Shown here in pieces: positions 50,495-61,000 of a DNA stretch of 64,000 nt (position 1 is the first letter of the stretch; every line of letters starts with the position of its first letter). A program made the translations under genes and the position numbers. Source of the DNA: Muribaculaceae bacterium (GTDB lineage: Bacteria > Bacteroidota > Bacteroidia > Bacteroidales > Muribaculaceae); contig JAFSPZ010000025.1 in NCBI GenBank assembly GCA_017451225.1, forward strand, positions 10,772 to 74,771, written 5' to 3'. Under the pieces are notes generated by a model, which saw only the letters and a list, made by a program, of their open reading frames with translations, was not told the origin of the DNA and did no database searches.

Positions 50495-51199
50495 TTAACG
50501 GATTTTCTTGAATTGAACTCCACAGTTGTAGCATTTGCCACGCTTCATGAGCTGTTTAAAAGGTTGCTGCCCAAAAGAAATGCCGCACTTGGGACATGAG
50601 TATTCATCCAAGAATCTATCTTGGCGGTCACGATTCTTCTGTGGATTATTTGACTGCATGAATGTCCAAATTGTTATACCTAACATTATTATTAAAGCAG
50701 CACCATAAAGAACTGGATAGATTGGATTATTTTCTAAAACGTCTCTAAGAACAATACCGCTTGCAATAGCACTTGTAGTCAACAAACTTGAAATAGTTCT
50801 AAACAAGTTTACACGTTGTGCCTTTTTCTGTTCCTTGAGCACTGTGTCACGATAATTGTTGTATATCCACTCTAAATGTGAGATATCCACCTTTTCCTTG
50901 ACGAAACTGCTCACTATATCGCCCACTCTCACGGGATACCTGTCGCCTCCCAGGTTTATCAGGTCGCCAAGACCCACTTCTCGTTTCATGACACTGATGC
51001 CATTGACAAGAACTTCATTGGCGGGTTTCAGATTTTCGATGAAATACCTATCGGCGTCTTCGTCTACTGTTATTGCCACATGTTCGCGGCTCACGCTATT
51101 GGGCACACTGCCCGGATTACCCATGAGCTTTGTTGTCTTGCCGCATTTAAGTTTGAGTTGACGGCTTTCTGGCTCCCTTCCTACAATTATTTTTAACAT
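50495..51199 (-). CDS. FHA domain + two TM helices + C-terminal zinc ribbon
   Basis: VGRE, VSREH, N.V.VNG, GD.I.LG; two hydrophobic helices; CPKC...CYNC. Confidence 0.82.
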   Translation of the reverse strand: MLKIIVGREPESRQLKLKCGKTTKLMGNPGSVPNSVSREHVAITVDEDADRYFIENLKPANEVLVNGISVMKREVGLGDLINLGGDRYPVRVGDIVSSFVKEKVDISHLEWIYNNYRDTVLKEQKKAQRVNLFRTISSLLTTSAIASGIVLRDVLENNPIYPVLYGAALIIMLGITIWTFMQSNNPQKNRDRQDRFLDEYSCPKCGISFGQQPFKQLMKRGKCYNCGVQFKKIR

Positions 51200-51200
51200 C

Positions 51201-51563
51201 TTATTGAATCTTTGTCTTTGCTACTAATTGTTTAAGTCCCTTTGCGGCCTCTCTCGATACCTTGACGGTGAAAGCCTGACCATTGTCACCAGCGAGCAGA
51301 ACCTGCTGCTTGAGAACATTCACGAGAATTATTTTTTGAATATTGATAATATGGCTTTTTCCTGTTCTCACCAGCAAGCAACTTGGATTACGCGAAATTT
51401 GCTCGGCGAGAATCTCCTCCATCTTTACCAATCCTATTCCACAAGTGAGAATCATCTTATTCTCCAAAACAATGCGTGTAAAATTTCCATCGGCGAGAAA
51501 ATACACAACCTTGTCAAGGTCTATACTCATAATTTCATCTCGCGAGTTCAATATAATCTTCAT
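51201..51563 (-). CDS. Stand-alone LytTR DNA-binding protein (no receiver domain)
   Basis: 120 aa; VYFLADGNFT, LVRTGKSHIIN, VSRE are LytTR signatures. Confidence 0.8.
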   Translation of the reverse strand: MKIILNSRDEIMSIDLDKVVYFLADGNFTRIVLENKMILTCGIGLVKMEEILAEQISRNPSCLLVRTGKSHIINIQKIILVNVLKQQVLLAGDNGQAFTVKVSREAAKGLKQLVAKTKIQ

Positions 51564-51954
51564 AAATCAGGTCGTTTGTTCTCAACCTCTCCCCTGTTCA
51601 GAACTCTTAGCTATAATTAAACAATGGCAGGCGTGGGAGATTTATTACGCATTTATAAAAAACAATGGCAATAACACCTATTTTTTTAATAACAAAAGAA
51701 GGCTTGATTAACTAGTCAAGCAATTGAGGCATTGGCTATTAGTAACTTCATAACACAGTTTTCACGAGCAAAAACAACAAGCCCAAACAATAGCACACAC
51801 CTTAATTGCCACAAAGATAATAAAAAAATCTAAATTTTTTTTCAAAAACAAGAGCAAAAAATATATTTTTTTTGAACTTATTTTATGGAACGAAATTAAA
51901 TCAACGATTTTTATAAAGATTGTAAAATTCAGCACTCGTGAACGCCCAAAAAAC

Positions 51955-51997
51955 AAATAATGCAACAACAGGAACGACTCCCATTGTTGCATTATTT
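51955..51997 (-). terminator. Terminator of the B12 operon
   Basis: 14-bp inverted repeat AAATAATGCAACAA/TTGTTGCATTATTT. Confidence 0.7.
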
Positions 51998-52044
51998 ATA
52001 ACCAAATCTATTCCTCCCTTTCAACAGGGAAGCATAACTGAATA

Positions 52045-53007
52045 TCAGCGAACCATCTTGCTAGTTGAACGAGTGCCGTCGGTGTAGGTCTTAACCTCGA
52101 TATTAACACCCTGGAATGGAACGTCGCTCTCTACGCCAGCGAGGTTCACATACTTCACACCAGCAACTTCCTTATTTGTGTTAACATTCTCAATAGCGGT
52201 TGAAATGTCGTTAACCTGGAACTTGTCCATGCAGAAGTAGGCTGCAGTGTTCATACCGTAGTCACCAGTGTCGGTAGAGTTAAGAGTGAAGTAAACACTC
52301 TCCACCTCGCCAAGGCTCGACAGGTCGAAGAATGTCCAATCGTTAAGAGCCTTGAGCTCGCCATTGGTAAACTCAACAAGGTTGATGCTGGTTGTAGTCT
52401 CATTGCCTTCGGCGTCAACACCATGAGCAATAAGCTCAAAATAGTCGCCTTCCTCAAAAGCGCGGCCAAAGCCATCGCCATGCTCGCAGCCATAGTATGG
52501 CCAAGGATGGTTGCAAACATACACACCCACTGGCTTGAAAGTAGTGTTGCCTTCACCATCAACAAACTTCACCTGGTTGGTTGGATCCTCGCTCCAAGAG
52601 CCCCAATAAGCTACAATGTAAGGTTGAGCTGGGTCGGCAGTTACTGTGCCATCCTCATTGATGACGCAGCCACCACCTGCCATGCAGCCACCATAGGTAG
52701 TTGTCCAGTTGCCGTTGTAGTCGGTCTGATCACCGCCAATAGCTGGGCAGAAACCATCCCAATAGTAGCCACCCCATGATGAACCTTCGCCTCCAATGAG
52801 GTGTGAGAGCATGAACTCACCGTTCTCGTCACCAAACTCCATCCATGTGTAATCAACGTCGTTGTAGCATCCAGTCCAAATGCCATTCTCGTTGTACTCT
52901 AGTGAAGTTGGGTTCATTGGCTTGTTCAAGTCAAGTGTAACAACATCGGCCATTGCTGCCGAAGCAGTCAGAGCAACTGCTGCAAAAAGTGTAAAAATCT
53001 TCTTCAT
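52045..53007 (-). CDS. DUF4465 (BtuJ-like) protein with T9SS-type C-terminus
   Basis: YWDGF, GVYVCN, GDYFEL.AHG, DWT.FDLSSLG, STDTGDYGMNTAAYFCMD; C-terminus TAIENV...YVNLAG...KMVR. Confidence 0.82.
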   Translation of the reverse strand: MKKIFTLFAAVALTASAAMADVVTLDLNKPMNPTSLEYNENGIWTGCYNDVDYTWMEFGDENGEFMLSHLIGGEGSSWGGYYWDGFCPAIGGDQTDYNGNWTTTYGGCMAGGGCVINEDGTVTADPAQPYIVAYWGSWSEDPTNQVKFVDGEGNTTFKPVGVYVCNHPWPYYGCEHGDGFGRAFEEGDYFELIAHGVDAEGNETTTSINLVEFTNGELKALNDWTFFDLSSLGEVESVYFTLNSTDTGDYGMNTAAYFCMDKFQVNDISTAIENVNTNKEVAGVKYVNLAGVESDVPFQGVNIEVKTYTDGTRSTSKMVR

Positions 53008-53100
53008 AAAAATGTGGTTTAAAAATGAATTAAATGAAAAAATAAATCAAAAGTCGAGAAGAGAGAGGAGTGTGGGAAGAAGAGTTGAAAGCTTTACTTA

Positions 53101-53140
53101 ATTGTGCATTATGCATTGTGAATTGTGCATTATGCATTAT
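53101..53140 (-). repeat. Short AATGCAT/AATGCAC heptamer array
   Basis: Same unit family as 3533-3570, again directly after a stop codon on the coding strand. Confidence 0.65.
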
Positions 53141-54316
53141 TTAATTTCCCAATAAGATGTTGTAAACGACAGTAACATCAGCACTAGTAATAGAGCCATC
53201 ACCGTTAACGTCAGGATTTACAAGAGCACTGTTATCATTGCTGAGAAGATAATTATACAAAACTGTCACATCAGCACTAGTCACACTGCCGTCGCCGTTA
53301 ACGTCGCCAGGCTCGGGCGCAGCTACCGCATCGGGATGCAGGTCAATGGCACCTGCCACTTCGGTAGAGGTTTCGCCAAGCCAGCCACAGTCCTGAAGCA
53401 TGGCGCTATACACCTTAACGAAGTCTATCTTCTTCAAGTTAACAGGGTTGCCGTCATCATCTACTGCCCATTCAATCTTGAAACCTTTGTTCAATTCGGC
53501 GGCATTGATGTTTGTAGCATTACTCTTATAGCCATAGCCTTCATCGGGACGGTTGTCAACATACCCCCAATCAAAGAAATACTGGTGCCAGTCGTCGGCG
53601 GTAGCAGAGAAGTTTTGTGCATTGCCACGCAACTTGGTGCCTTCAAAGGTGAGTGTCTCGCCATCGGCCCACAGGGGCCAGTAGCTATGGCTGTGGAAGC
53701 TGTTCTTGCGGATGTAGCCTTCCTGCAGACTATCAACGCTGTTGCAGGTCCAACGGATATACTGATCGTGATACTGATTCATGCTAAGAGGACCAAACTG
53801 ACTATCGTCGGGCTTGTAATAGGTGATGGTGAAATGTTTCTGTGTCTTGGGGTGGTTATACTCGCTGCCTGCGAGTTCATACCAGGGGTCATCGGGAATG
53901 CCGTTGCCGTTCACGTCGCGACTCACCATCACGATTCCCGACTCGCTCGAGCCCCCTAGCAACGATGGCCGTGAGTTGGATTGCATTGCATTGCCAAAAA
54001 TTTGCAAGTCATACTCATCTTTTACGTTCACAACAGGGTGATCGAAGCCAAACACCACATAACCACCAAATGAGCCAAGACAAATCATGCTTCTAGAGAC
54101 TTTAATTACACCGTTTATCTCGTAGCCGCAAATTGAATTCTCGGCAAGCTTTAAAACCGAATCCTTAGAAATGGGATCATCAACGATGGGCAATTCATTT
54201 ATAAACTGCCCTGGTGCAGGCATGAAATCATATACCTTAGTTATGTAAGGTTTGTTTTGAGCAACGGCAGTTAATACCAAAGCTGCCAAAAGAAGTAAGA
54301 GTGATGATCTTTTCAT
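53141..54316 (-). CDS. BtuH-like cobalamin-binding surface protein with C-terminal dockerin-like domain
   Basis: VYDFMPAPGQFIN, LGSFGGYVVFGFDH, WYELAGS, GWLGETSTE; two DVNGDGS(V/I)TSADVTV.YN repeats. Confidence 0.75.
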   Translation of the reverse strand: MKRSSLLLLLAALVLTAVAQNKPYITKVYDFMPAPGQFINELPIVDDPISKDSVLKLAENSICGYEINGVIKVSRSMICLGSFGGYVVFGFDHPVVNVKDEYDLQIFGNAMQSNSRPSLLGGSSESGIVMVSRDVNGNGIPDDPWYELAGSEYNHPKTQKHFTITYYKPDDSQFGPLSMNQYHDQYIRWTCNSVDSLQEGYIRKNSFHSHSYWPLWADGETLTFEGTKLRGNAQNFSATADDWHQYFFDWGYVDNRPDEGYGYKSNATNINAAELNKGFKIEWAVDDDGNPVNLKKIDFVKVYSAMLQDCGWLGETSTEVAGAIDLHPDAVAAPEPGDVNGDGSVTSADVTVLYNYLLSNDNSALVNPDVNGDGSITSADVTVVYNILLGN

Positions 54317-54329
54317 ATTCTGTAATTTA

Positions 54330-55520
54330 TTATTGTTCGTTAATATTTTCACCTAAAAACACAAAGTGGGCTGGAATTTGGCCTGCAACCACCTCCCATT
54401 TCTTCTTGCCATCGTCGCCATAGCAAATCACCTTGCCTGAGTCGAGATAATTAGTGGCATCAGTAATGTATATGTCTTTAGTGAAAGGATTTACTATTAT
54501 GCCATAAGGTTTGCGGATTCTTGCCTCGGTGCCATCGGTAATGAATTGCTCATTGACAATTTCAAGGGTCTTGGTGTTGATGATGGCATAGGTGCCAGGC
54601 GTGTAGCCTTGCGAGATGTTGCTCCACTCATTGCTGATTACATAGAGGGAGTCGCCGTTTATGCACATATTCCCAACACGCAGGTCAAATGTCTTGATAA
54701 GACGGCGCTTTTGGGTGTCGTAGGCATATATCTTGCTAGGTGTGCCGTTATAGTCGCCTCGTGACGAAATCCACAAAATGCCGCGTTTGTCGCTCTTGCA
54801 CCCCAGGAGGTTGATGGCGATGGGGATGCGTTCTATTTCCTTGAATGACTCTATGTCAATAACCGAAACAGTGTTCTCATAGCCTATTTTTGCTCCCTGC
54901 GAATAACCGCCTGAATTGGCTACATAAATTTTGCCATCAACGATGTCAAGTTCGTCGGGCTGGCGTCCTACCACGCACTTGCCCACCACTTCTAATGTTG
55001 TGGTATCTACCTTAAACACTGCACCCAGTTGATAAACATCTTCGTCCGACCCCATTCCCTCAAGCACTACCGGTCCCACATAGCTTGTGACGTAAGCATA
55101 TCCCTTATGGAACTTAATGAAACGGCAGTTTGGAATATCTATTTGCCCCACACGTTTAACGGTTTTCTTATCGACGACCTCAATCTTGTTGGAGCAATTT
55201 ATCACCATGTACATTTTGCTGCCATATATGCCAATGTCATTGCCCACATCGCCTAGCTCCATGGGTTGTGTGGGGTTAGAGTAGGCATAGATATTAATCG
55301 TATATTGCCCTGTTGTGTAGTCATAATAGTCAAGGGTAGATTGGTTCCATCCCATGCAACCTTCGTTAAGCACATATAATCCCTCTATGCTACTATATTC
55401 AGGCTGAGTGATGGGAACAGTCTCAGGAAAATATATCACATCATCTTCACGACAGGAATCAAGCAATGCTATCGAGAATAATATGAGAATTATATAGTAG
55501 AAATAGTTTTTCATCTTCAA
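54330..55520 (-). CDS. btuG: BtuG-like beta-propeller cobalamin-binding lipoprotein (YncE/DUF5074)
   Basis: Lipobox DSC, YVLNEG, LGDVGND, YVANSGG; directly downstream of btuB. Confidence 0.8.
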   Translation of the reverse strand: MKMKNYFYYIILILFSIALLDSCREDDVIYFPETVPITQPEYSSIEGLYVLNEGCMGWNQSTLDYYDYTTGQYTINIYAYSNPTQPMELGDVGNDIGIYGSKMYMVINCSNKIEVVDKKTVKRVGQIDIPNCRFIKFHKGYAYVTSYVGPVVLEGMGSDEDVYQLGAVFKVDTTTLEVVGKCVVGRQPDELDIVDGKIYVANSGGYSQGAKIGYENTVSVIDIESFKEIERIPIAINLLGCKSDKRGILWISSRGDYNGTPSKIYAYDTQKRRLIKTFDLRVGNMCINGDSLYVISNEWSNISQGYTPGTYAIINTKTLEIVNEQFITDGTEARIRKPYGIIVNPFTKDIYITDATNYLDSGKVICYGDDGKKKWEVVAGQIPAHFVFLGENINEQ

Positions 55521-57571
55521 AAGTCAAATTTCAAGATTAATTTATAGTTGCGACCTGGCATGGGATAGTTGATTATCACGTCGTAGTATTGGTTGAAGAT
55601 ATTGTTGACCTCGGCTGCTACTTTAAGTTTGGTTTTAGATATACTGAATGTGTAGCTGGCACTCAGGTCATGAGTGTACCATGGTTGCTGATGATTTATT
55701 ATGATGTTGTCGCTCAAGCTGTAACGCTCTCCCACGTAGATGAAACTATAGTTAATATCTAGGTCGCGCCAGGTCGCACGTCCCACCACACTGCCGCTGT
55801 GCCAGGGAATATAGGCAATTTGACCCTTGTAGGTGCCGCCATAGCCTGTGCTCTCGGGGTCGGTATAGTCCTGCGCTTTTTGATAGGTGTAACTCAAGTT
55901 AATGTCCACATTAAAGTCGCGGGCAACGTGCATTGTGGCACGAGCAGTGACATCAACACCTAGAATCTTCACCTTGCCAATGTTCATCATTGTCCAGCGG
56001 TATTGACCTCGTCCGCTAGGCACAGCGATAATCTTGTCGGTAATGGTGTTATAATAAGCATCGGCAGTGAATTTCAAACCCGCGAAAAAGCCATCTTCAC
56101 ACAAGCGCTGGTACCAGAAGCCGAAGTCAAACTGATTGGCATACTCGGGCCGTAGGTTGGCGTTGCCCATGTCGGTATAGAACAAGTCGTTGAAAGTGGG
56201 CATACGGAATATGCGCTTGTAAAACGCCCGAAGATAGAAGTCATAACGCTGCATTGGTTGATAGTTCATGAATACAGCAGGCGTGAACTTGTGCATCCAT
56301 TTGGAATGATGTGCCAGTGTCTCACCTTGATAAACTGTTTTGTAACGGTCGTTAATCATAGTATAGAGCAAGCTGGCTTGGCACTTGAAACGGTGCCAAG
56401 TACGTGCCGTGGCGAGTGCTACAAGGGTAGTGTGACGGTGTGGATAGGAGAAATTGGCGAGTGTGGAGTTAAGATAGTTCCACTTGTAATCAACACTCAG
56501 ATTCACGTCCCAGTCGGGGAGAATGGTATATTTGTTGGAACTGGAGATGTAAATTTCATCTTGCCAGAACTTGTTGTCGATGAGCATCAATGTGGTGTCA
56601 GGGTTGTTGTAGTGCATGAAGTCTCGTGCATACTTGCCGTTGAGCATTATTTCAAACTTTTCGTTCAACTGCTTCTGCCAGCTGCCCTGTGTAAAGAAGT
56701 TGCGATCCCACTGTCGCTGCGAGTTCATCCACACGTTGTTGACAATGGCGCCAGGGATGCCACGCTCGCTGTCGTAGTAGTAGAATTTTGCATTCCACTT
56801 GCCGTCTTTAATATTGCCAAAAATGGCACCTTCGGCACGGAAAGCCTGCACATCGCCATTCTTGCGCACGGCAGTGGTGTCCCATGCGATAGTGCCGTCG
56901 CTGAATTTCTTGCGGTATCGAAAATGATATTGACCAGTAGCATAGGTATATTCGGCGCTGAGCGACATAGTGAGGTTGTGGTTAAAGCGGTGTTCCCACC
57001 TCACGCTGGGGTTGGCAAGCCCAAATGAGCCCGTGCGCATGGTGATGTTGAAATTGTCGTTTTTCTCTCCGCTGAACTTAGGTCGGCGGGTCTTAATATA
57101 GACCGTTCCTGCCGAGCCAAAGTCGCGCGCGGGCTGGAATATCTCGCTCTTCTGACCGTTATATAGCGAAATTTCCTCGATGTTGTCGAGCGAGAACTTG
57201 CCTAGGTCAATTTGACCGTTCTGAGCGTTGCCGAGTTGAATGCCGTCGTAGAACACTCCCAAGTGGTTGGTACCCATCGATCGTATATCGATAGTCTTAA
57301 TGCCACCCACACCGCCATAGTCTTTCACTTGAACTCCAGAGAAATAGCGTATGGCATCGGCAATGGAGTGACTGTTCAGTCCCTCAAGCTTTTTGCCCGC
57401 AAGGGTCTGGGCTGGTATGACTTCGGCATAGGGTTTGCGTCCATAGACCACCACATTTTCAAGATATTGCAGTGTGTCGAGACCTAACGGCACATCGTTA
57501 GCATCCTGAGCCTGCAGGCCCAAGCAGCACGCAACAATAGCCAACAATGTGATAGTAAAGCGTTTTAACAT
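55517..57571 (-). CDS. btuB: TonB-dependent cobalamin receptor
   Basis: Plug KDYGGVGGIKT..RSMG, RMPTFNDL, C-terminal YPMPGRNY...F; preceded by a B12 riboswitch. Confidence 0.88.
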   Translation of the reverse strand: MLKRFTITLLAIVACCLGLQAQDANDVPLGLDTLQYLENVVVYGRKPYAEVIPAQTLAGKKLEGLNSHSIADAIRYFSGVQVKDYGGVGGIKTIDIRSMGTNHLGVFYDGIQLGNAQNGQIDLGKFSLDNIEEISLYNGQKSEIFQPARDFGSAGTVYIKTRRPKFSGEKNDNFNITMRTGSFGLANPSVRWEHRFNHNLTMSLSAEYTYATGQYHFRYRKKFSDGTIAWDTTAVRKNGDVQAFRAEGAIFGNIKDGKWNAKFYYYDSERGIPGAIVNNVWMNSQRQWDRNFFTQGSWQKQLNEKFEIMLNGKYARDFMHYNNPDTTLMLIDNKFWQDEIYISSSNKYTILPDWDVNLSVDYKWNYLNSTLANFSYPHRHTTLVALATARTWHRFKCQASLLYTMINDRYKTVYQGETLAHHSKWMHKFTPAVFMNYQPMQRYDFYLRAFYKRIFRMPTFNDLFYTDMGNANLRPEYANQFDFGFWYQRLCEDGFFAGLKFTADAYYNTITDKIIAVPSGRGQYRWTMMNIGKVKILGVDVTARATMHVARDFNVDINLSYTYQKAQDYTDPESTGYGGTYKGQIAYIPWHSGSVVGRATWRDLDINYSFIYVGERYSLSDNIIINHQQPWYTHDLSASYTFSISKTKLKVAAEVNNIFNQYYDVIINYPMPGRNYKLILKFDF

Positions 57572-57610
57572 AACTCTTTTACCCCGTTAGTCAGTTAAAT
57601 ATCAATGCAT

Positions 57611-57792
57611 TGTGGCAGGTTTTCTGACTTATCCCGTTGCAGCACCGCCTTCCCGTCTTCATTGACAGTGACGATAACAGAGAGTGTGTGCTGCAACTTG
57701 GCTGGGAAACACAGCAGCGTGGTCTGTCCAGGATTCTCACCCGGTTCCCTTTTAACTGAGGGGCACAATTGCCCGCACAGCACCAAAATGCG
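57611..57792 (-). promoter_or_regulatory. Cobalamin riboswitch
   Basis: Minus strand: TTAAAAGGGAACCGGGTGAGAATCCTGG...GCTGTG...CACTG...GGGAAGG...AAGTCAGAAAACCTGCC (B12 box), upstream of btuB. Confidence 0.92.
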
Positions 57793-57793
57793 C

Positions 57794-57864
57794 TGCAAAA
57801 TTAGTGCAAACCGAGTGAAAAACCAAATTTCTTTGAGTTTTTCAGAGGTGTAGCCTAATTTATC
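57794..57864. repeat. 71-bp dispersed palindromic element, copy 2
   Basis: 61/71 identical to 38262-38332; abuts the riboswitch 5' end. Confidence 0.8.
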
Positions 57865-57996
57865 TAACGTTTGTAAAAAAAGTTTTTAGTTATTAGGTAT
57901 TAGTTGGTTCGTTTTTTATTGTACAATAAAACCTTGATTTTTGAGAATAGTTTCTCCATGCAAAGAACGGTTAAGGCTATATGGGACAGTGTTTAG

Positions 57997-58045
57997 AAAA
58001 AAACTCTGGAACCCTCCCCATTGTTGCTGGGCCAAGTTCCAGAGT
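57997..58045 (-). terminator. rpoBC terminator
   Basis: ACTCTGGAAC/GTTCCAGAGT stem with a U-run on the minus strand. Confidence 0.7.
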
Positions 58046-58096
58046 CACTTCCACTTATGAAAACAGATAGTAATGTCGAATTTTAATCAACCATTA

Positions 58097-61000
58097 TTAT
58101 TTTATGGAAAACTGGTCAACGACTTCCACATCCTTGATGACAGCAGCGCGATCAAAGTCGTCCTTGCTGCCAACAACGAGGGTTTGATACTCGCGCAGAC
58201 CTGTACCAGCTGGGATGAGGTGACCGCAAATCACGTTCTCCTTCATGCCCTCGAGGTAGTCGACCTTGCCACTGATTGCAGCCTCGTTGAGCACCTTGGT
58301 AGTCTCCTGGAAGGATGCTGCCGAGATAAAGCTCTTGGTTTGCAGAGCGGCACGGGTGATACCTTGCAGAATCTGCTCGCTGGTAGCGGGAACAGCGTCG
58401 CGCACCTTAACCTCACGCAAAGCCTTGCGTTTAAGCATCGAGTTGATGTCGCGCAGCTTGCGAGGAGTGATCATCTGACCCTTGTCCACGTCGAGCGAAT
58501 CACCGCAGTCGATGACAATCTTCTTGCCCCAGATGCGGTCGTTCTCGTCCATGAAGTCACGCTTGTCAACAATTTGCTGTTCGAGGAAGTTGGTATCGCC
58601 TGGATCGATGATGTTTACCTTGCGCATCATCTGACGAACTATAACCTCGAAGTGCTTGTCGTTGATCTTCACACCCTGTAGGCGGTAAACGTCCTGAACC
58701 TCGTTAACGATGTAGTCCTGAACGGCTGTTGGACCCTTGATGCGCAGAATGTCGGCTGGAGTGACAGCACCGTCCGAGAGTGGAGTACCGGCACGCACCG
58801 AGTCGTTCTCAAGCACGAGAATCTGCTTAGACATGGGCACGAGATACTTCTTCTCCTCACCATTCTTGCTGGTGACGATAATCTCGCGGTTACCACGCTT
58901 AATCTTGCCGAAGGTTACCACACCATCAATCTCGCTAACGATAGCGGGGTTAGATGGATTGCGGGCCTCGAAGAGCTCGGTCACACGTGGAAGACCACCA
59001 GTGATATCACCGGCACCACCACTAGAAGCGCGTGGAATCTTCACGAATACCTCGCCTGGAGTGATTTCCTCACCCTCTACCTTCATCAAGTGAGCTCCCA
59101 CTGGAAGTGAGTAGGTCTTGATAGGAGCGGCATCGGGATTGTCGAAGTCTTCAACAGCAAAGAGCTGAGCCTCGGGGATGCGAGTGTGGTCTTTCGACTC
59201 GATTACAATCATCTCGCTCTTGTTGGATGTCTCGTCAACCTCGTTGCGATAGGTAACACCCTCGATGAGGTTCTTGTATTTCAAGCGGCCACCCACCTCG
59301 CTGACAATAACGGCGTTGAATGGGTCCCACTCACAAATAACGTCACCCTTCTTGAGCATGTCACCTGGCTTGAAGAAGAGCTTCGAGCCATAGACGATAT
59401 TAGCGCTAGTGAGCATCATGTTGGTGTGAGGATCGACGATTCGCATCTCGGCCATACGTCCAATCACGATGTCGTGACCATCCTTGTCGGCTACTGTGCG
59501 GAGCTCGTCAATCTCTAGACGACCATCATATTTAGAAGTCATGTTGCTCACAGCAGCAATGTTGCTTGCCACACCACCCACGTGGAAGGTACGAAGAGTA
59601 AGCTGAGTACCAGGCTCACCAATAGACTGAGCGGCAATCACACCCACAGCCTCGCCCTTCTGAACCAAGCGGTGGTTAGCAAGGTTGCGGCCATAGCACT
59701 TAGCACATACACCATGCTTAGACTCGCAGGTGAGGACCGAACGAATCTCCACACTCTCGATTGGAGAGTTGTTGATGCGGTCGGCAGCTGCATCGCTAAT
59801 TTCCTCGCCCGACTCAACGATTACCTCGCCAGTGGTTGGGTCGATAACGTCGTGAACCGAAACGCGGCCTACGATGCGCTCGCCCAGTGTAGCTACCACA
59901 TCATCGTTGTTCTTAACCTCGCGACAAACAAGTCCGCGCAGAGTTCCGCAGTCGTCCTCGGTAATAATCACGTCGTGAGCTACATCAACAAGACGACGGG
60001 TCAGGTAACCAGCGTCGGCGGTCTTCAAAGCGGTATCGGCAAGACCCTTACGGGCACCGTGAGTAGAGATAAAGTACTCAAGTACCGACAGACCTTCCTT
60101 GAAGTTTGCAAGAATTGGGTTCTCGATAATCTGGTGTCCACCTTCCACACCACTCTTCTGAGGCTTGGCCATCAGACCACGCATACCTGAGAGCTGGCGA
60201 ATCTGGTCACGCGAACCACGGGCGCCAGAGTCAAGCATCATGTAAACAGAGTTGAAGCCTTGCTTGTCGGCCGAAATCTGTTTCATCAGAGTATCGGTCA
60301 AGCGGCTGTTCACATGTGTCCAAATATCGATAATCTGGTTATAGCGCTCGTTGTTGGTAATGAAACCCATGTTGTAGTTGTTCATTACCTCCTCGACCTG
60401 AGCATCGCCCTCCTCGATGAGCTTCTGCTTCTCGGGTGGAACGAGCACGTCGTCAAGGTTGAACGACAGACCGCCCTTGAACGCCATGTAGTAACCCAGG
60501 TTCTTGATGTCGTCAAGGAACTTGGCACTGCGTGGCACACCACAATTGCGGATAACCTTGGTGATAATCTTCTTTAGAGACTTCTTCGAAATCACTTCGT
60601 TGACATATCCCAACTCCTCGGGAACGCTGTTATTGAAGATGATGCGGCCCACCGAAGTGTCCTTAACGATGTGACGTATGGGATTGCCATCGGCATCAAC
60701 GTCATCAACCATAACTGAAATGATAGCATTCATCGCCAACTTGCCCTCGTTGAAGGCAATTGTAGCCTCTTCGGGACCATAGAACGTGAGACCCTCACCC
60801 TTAGCGCCCTGGCGCAGCTTGGTGATGTAGTAAAGTCCCAGTACCATGTCCTGAGATGGCACGGTGATAGGCTCACCATTGGCGGGATTGAGGATGTTGT
60901 GAGGCATGAGCATGAGCATCTGAGCCTCTACAATAGCCTCGTTACCAAGTGGCAAGTGAACTGCCATCTGGTCACCATCGAAGTCGGCATTAAATGGGGT

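Noticed and set aside
38443-51563. Type VI or type VII secretion cluster suggested by kinase, PP2C and FHA genes
   Set aside because: No Hcp, VgrG, sheath, ClpV, FtsK/EssC or WXG100 genes are recognisable in the window.
51564-51950. Autoregulatory 21-bp repeats upstream of the LytTR gene
   Set aside because: No TGA repeats at the 49-bp offset from the candidate -7 box at 51812, and the AACGA motifs there are 14 bp apart.
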